Positions 54,416 to 64,000 of a stretch of 64,000 nucleotides of DNA are shown here, in pieces. The notes beneath the pieces were generated by a model. It searched no databases and was not told where the DNA came from. It saw nothing but the letters and a program-made list of their open reading frames with translations. The position numbers and the translations under genes were made by a program. The DNA is taken from NCBI GenBank assembly GCA_002269645.1, contig NIVC01000137.1, positions 627,688-691,687 of the forward strand, written 5' to 3'. Origin of the DNA: Macrostomum lignano (taxonomy: Eukaryota). Position 1 is the first letter of the stretch. Each line of letters opens with the position of its first letter.

Positions 54416-54932
54416 GTTCGATTTTACGAAGCACTGATAAAAGATTTTGCTTGGTTGATATATAAGTAGCTCGCTTGCTACCAAATTTGGAAGTTGGCCC
54501 ATAGACAAATAAAACGAAAGTCGCGACAAGTAGAAAGGGACAAGGAATTGTCTCTTAAAATTTGCTTCGTATTTCTCCATTTCTGAGTGGAAAGAGCTCA
54601 CTAGCTTTCTTGGTTCGCCACTGTGACTCAATAGTCAATACTCAATAGTTCTTAAACTGTGACTCCACAGTTGAAGAAGGCCCATAATTTTGATATTTAT
54701 CCTGTTTCGAGGGTGGATTAAAATTTGCTTGATTTTATCTACGATTTCTTACCAGTGGTAGACTGATAAGAGCTTCGTAAAATTGGATTCAGCACCTCTG
54801 CCACACAAAATTGTCTATATGGTTATCGATGGTTGATGAGTGGTAAAAAAACAGTGCTTTGTAAAATGGAGATAGAAAAATACCACTGGTTCCCTGGTAA
54901 TTACCAGTGGTAAGTGCTTCGTAAAATTGGCC
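54416..54932. mobile_element. Possible MITE with (g)attttacgaagcact...agtgcttcgtaaaatt inverted ends
   Basis: Inverted 15-16-bp motif and repeated accagtggtaa boxes; boundaries uncertain. Confidence 0.4.
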
Positions 54933-55289
54933 ATTGAGATAACATATTCATCAACTAAAACTCTATAGATCATAGACAAAATCTTTATTTTTAATCTCTC
55001 GAGGGGGGAGGCCCAGGGGTGGATTTCATGATTTCAAACTTCATGAAATTTGTCCCCGCCTGGCTGTCGTAATCCGGTTTTCATCCGGAGCGACATCCGG
55101 AATTTCATCCGGTACGTAATACAAATGTCCCATTTAAAAACCGGATGAGAGCCGGATGAAAAGTTTACAAACAGGATGAAAACATGCATATTTGACCTTT
55201 CATCCGGGTGTTCAACCAACATTAGTCCGGAAATTCATCCGGGAAGCTATCCGGAAAGCCGCGGAGAACAGGGCGGAGCAAATTCCGGA

Positions 55290-55626
55290 GCGAATCCGGA
55301 CGAAATGTATGCACGCCTCCACCGGATGAGAAACCGGACGAAGTTCCGGATGAATGCCGGATCAAATGTATGCACGCCTCCACCGGATGAGAAACCGGAC
55401 GAAATTCCGGATGAATGCCGGATCAAATGTATGCACGCCTCCACCGGATGAGAAACCGGACGAAATTCCGGATGAATGCCGGATCAAATGTATGCACGCC
55501 TCCACCGGATGAGAAACCGGACGAAATTCCGGATGAATGCCGGATCAAATGTATGCACGCCTCCACCGGATGAGAAACCGGACGAAATTCCGGATGAATG
55601 CCAGATCAAATATATGCACATGTCTA
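55290..55626. repeat. 61-bp tandem repeat, five copies (ccggatgagaaaccggacgaaattccggatgaatgccggatcaaatgtatgcacgcctcca); candidate subterminal repeats
   Basis: Unit starts at 55322, 55383, 55444, 55505 and 55566; inverted tccgg motifs at 55070-55110. Confidence 0.93.
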
Positions 55627-56523
55627 CCGGATGGTAAAGCAGATGACATGTTAAAGAACTAAGTAAGGTTGACAACAAGACGAAATCTTTTGAAAACGTA
55701 AGAAAACAAATTGCTGGAAACACCTCAAAGAAAGCAAGGTATATTGCACTTGCACAGAGGGTGGCCAACCTCTAATTCACTGTGCTGGATAGAGTAGTGG
55801 AAGCTGAATATATTGAAACCGAAGATAACTTTTAAAGTTGCGTGTCGCTAAAAATGCAAATACACAAGACATGCTTGAGTCAAAAATAGAATGGCAAAAC
55901 CTCACATTGGGTGGACAAATCAGGAGAAATGGAGAATGAGACGACACACTGTCTTTTGGGCGGCTACAAATTAGTACCAGGCAGAAAAACTAGAAATTTC
56001 ACAGAAGAAAAACTTCAAGCTACACGAAGAAACAGGCGCAGAAAAAAAAACTCACTTATAAAATTGGGGACAACAGAAAAAATAGCGACATATACATTTT
56101 CCATACTGGGAGTGAAACAGAAAGTGTCAACAGAAAACCAGAAACGCAGACCCGAGGGCGATATTACCTATCTGCAGAACAGTGATTACTGTACACGTTA
56201 GTAACGTTAAGTAACGTTACTGTTCTAAAACACCCACCATGATGTACAGATTGCAGGCGATGGGTACATCGTGCACTTTACATACTGCAGAATTTTTGAG
56301 GAATTTTTGTCCTAATGATATGCAACTGTCTAATCGAGCACATGCTCTTAAGACCCCTAGGCGCTACATATTTGATTCGTGACCAATAGCTAAGTTGCAG
56401 TCGCAGAAGCAGTAGTGTCATGAGCATATTCGCGCCACGCCGCGGCCACTGGCAATGGCACACGGCTCCCTCTTATATCCTATAGTCTGCGACAAAACGA
56501 CTGGCCCACGACTATATAGCCTA

Positions 56524-58683
56524 CTATCCCATCAGGGAAAGTAGCATATCTTCCGCATTGTCCACATCGCCGGCCGGACGCTGACTTGTGGGCCCAACCT
56601 CTGCGAAGACAGCTCTGGCCTGGTCAAAGATCGCGCTAGCGGGGGCATTGTCCGAGTCAGCGGCGACTTCTTCCGCCTCACTCGTCGGTCCGATTATGCG
56701 CACAATCGTACCCACGTCTTCGTGTCTGCCTGTCCCCCGTTTAGCCGAGCTGCCTGGCCCTGATTGGGCAGAGCCGCCTCGCCGTGGCTTGGCAGTCTTT
56801 GTACCAGGCCGACCGTTTAGTGTGCCACGGGTGCGCTTTGGCATCCCCAGTCTTTCCCGTGCAGTTTCACCGCAGCGCGTAAACGCGCGCTGCAGCTCTG
56901 CAGAAGTGTACTGCACGGCAGCATTGGCAAGCCACTGCTTGGCGGCGGCTAGCTTTCCGGGATTTGCCGGCACTGAGATGTAGCCGCAAGCCTTGCGACC
57001 TGACAGGCTACTGTTCGCCAGCTCGGTGTCAGTAAAAATGGCCCTGAAAAGGGCCCTGATCGTCGCCAGTCGGGCCGATCGGCGCGCTAAAAGAAGCTCA
57101 GTCTCGTCGCGCTCATCGAGATCGACGCCTTCCATCATCGCCTTTTGCAGGTCGGCTAGGCGGCTGTCCAGTTCGGATCGGAGCTGCACCGACGTTTTTA
57201 GATACGGTTGCTTGTCGGACAGTGACACTGTGCCACCTGACAGCAGACTAGCCGACGATGGACCCGCCTTGTTACAGGTGAGCAGTAACTGGCGAGTCTG
57301 GGACGCCGACAGCTCGCAATTAGCATCAAAGGCGCCACCTCCGGGGTCCGCCAGCGCGTCATCGCCAGCGTCAGAAGCCGTGCTGTCCGACTCCACTGGA
57401 CCTGGCTGGCAGCCAGAAGCTGGGATCGCTGCTGCGTCTGCAGACTGTGGCACCATACACTGTGAGGCCCGAACGATTAGCGCGTTAGCAGTCTTTACAT
57501 TCCGTTCCAGGTTGGTGAACTTCGTACGTTCCTGATCTAATTGTCGCAAGAGCTTTGCTTCCATCTTCTGTGCCACGACTGCCTTCTGCTGCAGAACTTT
57601 TATCTCTTCTCGCAATTGGGCTTCAGTGACGCGGGCTGCCCGAACCTCGGAACCTGAAATATTGGTTTATTCAATACCCTAGACTACCAATGACCGGATG
57701 TACGTATATGTATACAAACAAAACATGTATGTATGTATGTATGTATGCTAACATGTACACATGCACTACGGCAGAACCTCTGTATACTCACCTTGTGCAT
57801 TAGTGAGTGTCTTGGCCCTTTGCAACTCGAGAAGGAGTCCTTTGCAGGACACGCAAGCTCGGGGGAGCTCCGTCGGCTGAGCGTGGACGTTAGTCAAGCT
57901 TGCGGCTCCAGAGGCTTCGGCTTTATTAGAAAATGGTCCCCGTACAAGCCTCCCTGGGTATCGCTTTGCGGTCTTTCGGTTGGTCTTCGCCGTGACAATG
58001 CAGACGCGACAGCCTACTTGTACGGGAATAGCCGATTCCCGCGCAACGGCAACAATAAGCGGTGCTGCCGTGGATCCATCAGTGCCGACAACTTGGGTCT
58101 TGTCAAGATAGTCGTCATATTGAAAAAGGAAGTACCGCTGCGTCCTCTCTGCTTTGTACGGCACCATATCAGGCGACGGATTGCAACCTGCAGCTGTTGC
58201 GCCAGCCTGCAGAGCAGTAGTCGCAGCATCCGGCGGTTGGGAGTCACCTGCAGTCGTCACCTCAGCCTGCAGTGCAGTAGTCGCAGCATCCGGCGGTTGG
58301 GTGTCACCTGCAGTCGTCACCTCAGCCTGCAGTGCAGTAGCTGTAGCACCTGGCGGTTGGGTGTCACCTGCAGTCGTCACCTCAGCCTGCAGTGCAGTAG
58401 CTGTAGCACCTGGCGGTTGGTTGTCACCTGCAGTCGTCACCTCAGCCTGCAGTGCAGTAGCTGTAGCATCTGGCGGTTGGGTGTCACCTGTAGCCGTCAA
58501 GCCAGCCTGCAGAACAGTAGCCGCAGAATCTGGCGGTTGGGTCTCCCTTGCAGCCGTCCCTTTCTTGCAAGCCACCAAAGAGACCTTGGCCGCCACCTTT
58601 TTTACACTTGGGCGGTGTCGTTTGACCGGCATGTCGGCTTTCTGTTTTGCTGCGGTGCGTTTACGTGCGGTGGCTTCATGCAT
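56524..58683 (-). CDS. Two-exon coiled-coil + BEN-domain protein, 673 aa (transposon cargo)
   Basis: Exon 1 58683-57792 (donor AG|gtgagt, phase 1) and exon 2 57653-56524 (acceptor tttcag|) total 2022 nt and are open. BEN-like IRALFRAIFTDTELANSSLSGRK....NPGKLAAAK....RAFTRCGETAR. Coiled coil LREEIKVLQQK...LERNVK. Exon 1 has a 20-aa repeat. The domain call is by motif recognition. Confidence 0.78.
58190..58555 (-). repeat. 60-bp coding tandem repeat (TTAGDTQPPGATATALQAEV), about six copies
   Basis: Visible in the DNA and in the translation. Confidence 0.93.
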
Positions 58684-59150
58684 AGTCGCTCTGGAAAGAC
58701 GTTTAGATAACCAAAGTTGCTTTGGGGCAGAACAGCATCAGAAATTTCTTAATGAGGTGACGTTAATCTTTTCATTAATGAGGTTAATGAGGTGACGTTT
58801 AGTTAGCGTACTAAACTTTTTACACAGACGAGATAGGAGTTAAGAGCATTCTTAAAACTAAAAGGTTTTGTACTACAACCCCATAGACCACAAGCGTTAA
58901 AGATCGTAGGACGCAATGTTATGAAAGAAAGTAATGAAACAAATGTCTGGAAACATCTTAGAGAACAAAATTGACACACGTTGCATTACACATGCACAGA
59001 GGGCCAACCTCTAATGTATTTTGCATAAAAGTTCGATAAAGTTTCGATATAAGTTCTGCAGCAGAAGGCAGTCGTGGCACAAAAGATGGAAGCAGAGCTC
59101 TTGCGACAATTAGATCGGGAACATTCGAAGTTCACTATTACTTCATTACT

Positions 59151-59897
59151 TCATAACTTCACGAAACATACTTCTTTAGTTTTAAAATAGAAAAGCCTGT
59201 CCCCGCTTAGCAGTCCATTGTAACTACAGATCTCACGGCTTCTTCTGGGGGCCTCTTTCGGTAAGACGGATATGTCGCGCAGAGGGCGCCGTCGACGCTT
59301 GCCGACCTTCATGTGCTCCAGGGGAGCAGGCGGCGGGCTGGGTGGCATGTCAATGGCAAAGAAGTTCGGGGCCTGCAGGATTGTACGATGCCGGTGACGA
59401 CCATGACTCTGCAACCGCCTGTCCCGTTCTTCTGGGGGCAGAGCCCCATACCAATCCGCACAGTCTGGACAGCACTGGGCAGGTAGGCGTCTTCTTTCGT
59501 CTCGGCGGCGCGACTCATAAGATGGGGGGGCCTCGTCAGGCAGTCTGTTATAGTCTTCTAGGGTGTACCGACCTGCGCCGGGCTGTTGAAGGCTTGCGCT
59601 AGAGCTAGGCAGACATGGCGACGATGGCAGGACGGAGTAGCCAGGACCTTCTTTGCATGCAGCTTGCGTGCTGCATGCGACAGGGGACGACGGACCCAGC
59701 AATGACGGTGACATAACGTCGCCGTCGGGTGAGACCTCAGGAGTCCACTTTGGCGGCGGCGACCCAGCCACCGTGGTCTCGTCGCCACTGGAGCGGTCAT
59801 CGAGGTCACCAAGCACGGAATCTGGAATGACAGTATCGAGCAGCTTGGACCAGTCGATGACGGCCTGCTCGCTCGCTCGCTTGGATTTGCTCGACAT
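59151..59897 (-). CDS. 248-aa protein with a CtIP/Sae2 C-terminal-like domain (CxxC + RHR motifs)
   Basis: RRRDERRRLPAQCCPDCADWYGALPPEERDRRLQSHGRHRHRTILQAPNFFAIDMP aligns without large gaps to the conserved human CtIP tail as I recall it ([58 protein letters not shown]). The N-terminal half is S/P-rich and lacks the CtIP coiled coil. Confidence 0.8.
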   Translation of the reverse strand: MSSKSKRASEQAVIDWSKLLDTVIPDSVLGDLDDRSSGDETTVAGSPPPKWTPEVSPDGDVMSPSLLGPSSPVACSTQAACKEGPGYSVLPSSPCLPSSSASLQQPGAGRYTLEDYNRLPDEAPPSYESRRRDERRRLPAQCCPDCADWYGALPPEERDRRLQSHGRHRHRTILQAPNFFAIDMPPSPPPAPLEHMKVGKRRRRPLRDISVLPKEAPRRSREICSYNGLLSGDRLFYFKTKEVCFVKL

Positions 59898-59947
59898 TCA
59901 CTGCAGTTGGGTTAAGGAGCAAAATTTTTTTAATTGACATAAATGTA

Positions 59948-61253
59948 CGAGGGGCACTAGATGGGTTTCTAGCTGCGGTCAACATGTAACAGTTATAAAG
60001 ATGAAACTTTCAGAGCTTTTCAAAGTACTCTCCATCAGCTTGGATACACCGCCTCATCCGCTCAAACCAAGTTTCAAAGCAGTGGCGCCACTCTGAGTGG
60101 GATACCCCCTCAACGGCCGATCTATAGGCATCAACAGCCTCTTCGGCGGAGGAAAATCGGCACCCTCGCATGGAATTCTTGATGAATGGAAATAAAAAAA
60201 AGTCACACGGTTCCAGGTCAGGTGAATATGGTGGATGACTGAGCTGCTGGAAGCCCACCGTCTGTAGAAACTCTCGAGTTCGATTCGCCGTGTGCGCACT
60301 GGCGTTGTCCTGGTGCAGCCAGAGACCTCGAACGCCGCACTTTGGCCGCGCCTCTTTAAGGCTGCTGATGACACGCGGCAGGCAGACGGTGCAGTACCAA
60401 TCTGCAGTCACTGTGCGCTGGCTCTCGAGTGCTACAGTCGCAATGTGGCCAGTCTTTCGGAAGAAAGTTGCCACCATTTGCTTGCCAGTGCTCCGACCCC
60501 TGACAACCTTGGTCGGCGGGGCTTCATCTTCAAAAGCCCACACACGCGACTGGCATTTCCGCTCGGGTTCGTAGCAATACACCCACGTTTCGTCACATGT
60601 GACAATGTCTGTGACAGACTTCGACGTCCCTCCGCCAAACCTGTCCAGCATTTCCTGGCACCAGCTCATGCGGGCCTGCTTCTGCTCGGTGGTGAGCAAA
60701 TGCGGCACCCAGCGACTGGTCAGCTTGCGGACAGCGAGGTGATCACGAAGGATAGAAGCGACTGTCGGCGATGAGATTCCAAGACATGCCTCAATCGTTT
60801 GATACGTCACTCGCCGATCAGCCTCAATCATGCGCCGCACGCGGTCGATAGTTTCAGGTGTCGTCACTGAAACAGGTCGGCCGGTTCGACCTTCGTCTTC
60901 CAAGCTGTCTCGGCCACGCTTGAACTCCCGGAACCAGGCGGTGACGGTGGCGATGGATGGCGCAAGGTTAGGAAAGGCAGCAGACAGCCGCTCGTGGCAC
61001 TGGTGAAATGTCAAGCCGCTCTTAAAATCGTAGAAAATCATGGCACGAAAGTGTTCACGATTGAGCTCCATTACAGTGCTGAAAGAGTCACAGACCTTGT
61101 TGAGACAAAATGCGACAGTGAGAGAATGGTGACAATTAGGTGCATGAAACTTTGGGGACCATGATAAAACTTCTTATTCAATATGCTCAGAAAATATGGC
61201 CTAATTTGAATAAACGGTTTGACCGCAGCTAAAAACTTATCTAGTGCCCCTCG
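59948..61253 (-). mobile_element. Full-length mariner element (1306 bp), 35-bp TIRs, TA TSD
   Basis: TIR cgaggggcactagat(gg/aa)gttt(c/t)tagctgcggtcaa with 3 mismatches; TA at 59946-59947 and 61254-61255. Confidence 0.96.
60010..61071 (-). CDS. Mariner DD34D transposase, 353 aa, uninterrupted
   Basis: WVPHLL, CDETWVY, HQDNASAH, YSPDLEPCDFFLF. Confidence 0.96.
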   Translation of the reverse strand: MELNREHFRAMIFYDFKSGLTFHQCHERLSAAFPNLAPSIATVTAWFREFKRGRDSLEDEGRTGRPVSVTTPETIDRVRRMIEADRRVTYQTIEACLGISSPTVASILRDHLAVRKLTSRWVPHLLTTEQKQARMSWCQEMLDRFGGGTSKSVTDIVTCDETWVYCYEPERKCQSRVWAFEDEAPPTKVVRGRSTGKQMVATFFRKTGHIATVALESQRTVTADWYCTVCLPRVISSLKEARPKCGVRGLWLHQDNASAHTANRTREFLQTVGFQQLSHPPYSPDLEPCDFFLFPFIKNSMRGCRFSSAEEAVDAYRSAVEGVSHSEWRHCFETWFERMRRCIQADGEYFEKL

Positions 61254-61983
61254 TACCAGTGCCTATTATACTCGTATGTCTCTATAATACCTTAATAATT
61301 CGTTTTGCTAGTGCCTATGGTAGACTGTTGGTTCTATAATTATTGAGTTAGTTATTTCAAGGAGAGAGAGTAATAGTGCTCAGAAACTTACTAAGAGAAT
61401 GGAGTGGGATAATATACAAAGAGGATTCAGAGAGAGTTGTACCGTGACCCTCTAATCTTGGCGAACGCCCGATTAAGACTGCAAACTAATACATGTACCA
61501 GTACTAAGACCGCTCAGGCCAATACATAAGACGCTACCAGAACGCTACCAGAAACGCTACCAGAAACGCTACCCAGAAAGTATTTGAATGAAATTCTAGG
61601 AAATAGGTAAAATTATCAGACAGAGGCAAAAGATCTGTTACAACTTTGGTGGCAGCTTAAAGGATAGTTAAAAGGACAGGACCATAACGCCTGTTACAGC
61701 TCGTATCAGCGCTGGTATCCTCTTTCTCACCCGTACGGACGTAATTAAATAAAAATAGTTACTCAAAAATATGGACACAAAACAGTTGCAGTTCAGATTC
61801 GCGATTGCCCAGACGGAGCAAGCCAGACAGTATACTTCTATACAAGTGCAGTTTAGCAGATGAACCAGCATACGAGCGTGATATAGCGAGGCCCGCACTA
61901 AAATCAGTGACGCGAAATGTACGCATATAGAGGATGTACGCAAAATTAAATTGCATGGGACGCAGCATGACTAAAAATATTTG

Positions 61984-64000
61984 TTAAGAAAAGCCAAACT
62001 GCGCATAAGGAACCAAAGTAATCTTTGTGTTTGACACAACGCAGGCGCCGACGATGTCCTCCGTTGCAGCCTGCCTGACTTCACCAAGGTACTCTGCGAC
62101 TCCAAAAGGATCGGCGAGGAGCCGCCTGACATGTGCGAATCGGCAACCGCGGTGAGCAGATTCCTTCGGCACGGCACACAGCATCTCCAGAGGATCGATT
62201 TCGACGTCCTGCCCACGCAGCTCACGCAGCGTCAGTACAACACCTGTGGCAGTCGCACTGATGGTCTCCACGCGCTGGAACCACGAGTGGCATCAAGGCA
62301 GGAGACTTTCGGATGCTCATCGCCTATAGGCTGTCGAAATACTTCGATAAACAACCCACTTGGAAGCGACGCCGTGTGCCATCCGTCCGCCGTACCCATG
62401 GTCGTCGCAGCTTAACGCCGAAGTGAATAATGCACTGCATTTGTGAGTCACGTGCTGCTGCGGCTCCAAGTCATCGCTCTTCAGTCGGCTCTCAGCTTCT
62501 ATGAGAGCAAATTCACGCTCAATGGCATGTACAATTTCAACGTCAGTACGCCGCGAACCGTGAAGACGCTGCCGTAAGTGGACGTGCATCGTCTCAAAAA
62601 GCCCTGCCGATTGCGTGTGCAGTGGGCCCGCGAGATACGCGTATGACACCATATGGGCACAAACATGGTGGGCGTTATACGTGAGTGCGCGAAGAGAATA
62701 TAGACGAGCCAAATTGGCGTGGAAGTGCCTCAGCGAAACTTCGACGTGACACAGTTCACTCTTTGGCGCACCTTCAAGCGTCAACCAGAACACTGCGGAC
62801 GAAAGCACGAGCAAATGCCAATAGTGAGCCTCTGGCAGAAAATCTTCTAGTAGCATTGGGAAGTAAGCAATTATCCACAATGCCAGTTCATGTCCCCGTA
62901 CGTGCCTGATGTCCTTCAGCAGTCGGATGGAATGTCGCTGAACGGACCTGGGAACTCAAATGTAGCGCATGCGCTGTGATATGTCACCAATCCGTTTGTG
63001 CAGGTCGGGGCAATTCTCCGCGAACCGGTCAGGTTTCTCGTGGCGCACGAGGAAAAGCTGAAACAGTAGCCAGCGCACTAATCCCAAGCAAAGCTGATGG
63101 AGAAAGCAAGGAGGCGTCGCTCTGACAAAGTCGAAGCCAAACAGATCACCAAGCGGAGATTGTCCACGTACACCCAGAGTGTCATCTCCGTTGCCACGTA
63201 ACGTCCGGTGTTCCGCAAGGATACATGTGTCATTCAGCGATCGAACTACTGTCTGGACACATCCGAGGCGGCGTGCGTTCATTTGCATGGCGTCTGTCAA
63301 CTCCACATCATACACTCTGCCGTGGCCTGACGGATGAACTGACGTCCGTAGGTAGCACTTGTCGCATCCGTATACGGCGGAAAAGCGCTTAAAGCACAAA
63401 GCGTCTGCCCTGGCAGGTGCGTCAAACATGGCGAACAATACATGTACCCGAAGACGCTGCCGAACGCCATGTCGATCCACATACTGTATACCATTCAGAC
63501 GCAGATCGTTAAGTCCGTCAACTATAATAGGTAGACATGCTTGGGATGCACCTTTGTAGTTCCTGCCCAGACTCCGAGCTTCATTACGAATTGCAACTCT
63601 GTACCGGTCGTGAACTTCAACGAAGCACAAATAAAAGCGGGCACACCTCAACAGTACTTGTCCTGCAAAGCGGGAACCCATCCGAGCATAAGATGCCGGA
63701 GACGTCGCTGCGACTCTCCACATCGATGCCATCGACGAATTTTTGTACAGTTCGCTGCTACGCACGTGAGCACCTCGGGATCTATGGCACGGTCGGCAGG
63801 GAACACAACGTGGTCGAGCATTCCACGCCACATCACAAGCGCTTTCAGCTGCATAGGACCATCAAAGTGCCAGAAATTTGCGACGGCTGCGTCCTCCGCA
63901 GTGGACGCACGTTGCGGTGCTTGGATCACACCGTCCGGGAGAGTTCTTGTAACACTCGTTGCAGACTGTGAGAGCACAGCGTCGTTCCAGAGAATGACTG
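61984..64000 (-). pseudogene. CMC/EnSpm-type transposase pseudogene (one frameshift, three in-frame TGA stops); the 5' end runs off the window
   Basis: LYKNSSMASMW, FDAPARA...F..VYGCDKC, FLHQLCLGLVRWLL, HELALWIIAYFP, YSLRALTYNAHH...GPLHTQSAGLFE. ORFs 63831-62956, 62880-62317 and 62271-61984 are one frame separated by TGA codons. The frame of ORF 63977-63648 joins by a frameshift near 63750. Confidence 0.85.

Larger units (their letters stand above)
55012..64000 (-). mobile_element. Large CMC (EnSpm/CACTA/Mirage-like) DNA transposon region carrying cargo genes; right end outside the window, left end approximate
   Basis: Co-oriented transposase remnant, CtIP-like ORF and BEN gene, followed by ccgga-rich subterminal repeats at 55070-55630. 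The ccca... terminus at 55012 is only a candidate and was not confirmed by a TSD. Confidence 0.55.

Noticed and set aside
16206-55626. CRISPR-like arrays
   Set aside because: All arrays are head-to-tail with no unique spacers, there are no cas genes, and the context is eukaryotic.
56588-58795. Plus-strand ORFs 56588-56983, 56993-57535, 57733-58710 and 58154-58795
   Set aside because: Antisense shadows of the GC-rich BEN gene. The antisense ORFs over the lectin, SERINC and mariner genes were rejected for the same reason.
58690-59172. Splice fusion of the CtIP-like ORF to the BEN gene (donor gaa|gtatgt at 59171, acceptor at 58691)
   Set aside because: The phase 0 join reads SDYA* and is out of frame with the BEN ATG, so no fusion protein results.
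59151-59897. Calling this ORF the host RBBP8/CtIP gene
   Set aside because: It is only 248 aa, has no N-terminal coiled coil, lacks the CDK site, and is embedded among transposon parts, so no gene symbol was assigned.
62290-62958. Selenocysteine or programmed read-through at the three in-frame TGAs
   Set aside because: The gene also has a frameshift at the catalytic region, the positions fit Arg rather than Cys, and no SECIS was recognised. Decay is the simpler explanation.

Overview
AT-moderate, intron-containing animal DNA. A flatworm such as Macrostomum is my inference from codon style, poly-Q tracts and repeat load, and is not verified. From left to right the window contains: (1) about 7.4 kb of unexplained non-coding sequence and an orphan terminal exon. 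(2) An 8-exon gene for a Notch-ligand-like protein (signal peptide, MNLL/C2-like region, six-Cys DSL domain, TM helix, tyrosine/proline-motif tail, no EGF repeats). (3) A tandem birth-and-death cluster of intronless secreted C-type lectin + PAN/apple-like genes: five intact, one 5'-truncated pseudogene and one apparently emptied slot, with mosaic constant/variable segments. (4) Many minisatellites, MITEs, three tRNA-derived CORE-like SINEs, a solo-LTR-like insert and a LINE 3' fragment. (5) The 5' part of a SERINC gene, including a probable 15-nt microexon. (6) A large antisense CMC/EnSpm-type transposon region, probably inside a SERINC intron. Its transposase is decayed, but it carries two open cargo genes (a CtIP/Sae2 C-terminal-domain ORF and a spliced BEN-domain gene) and a nested, apparently intact mariner. 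The CtIP/Sae2 module in a hairpin-forming transposon context is the most unusual item.
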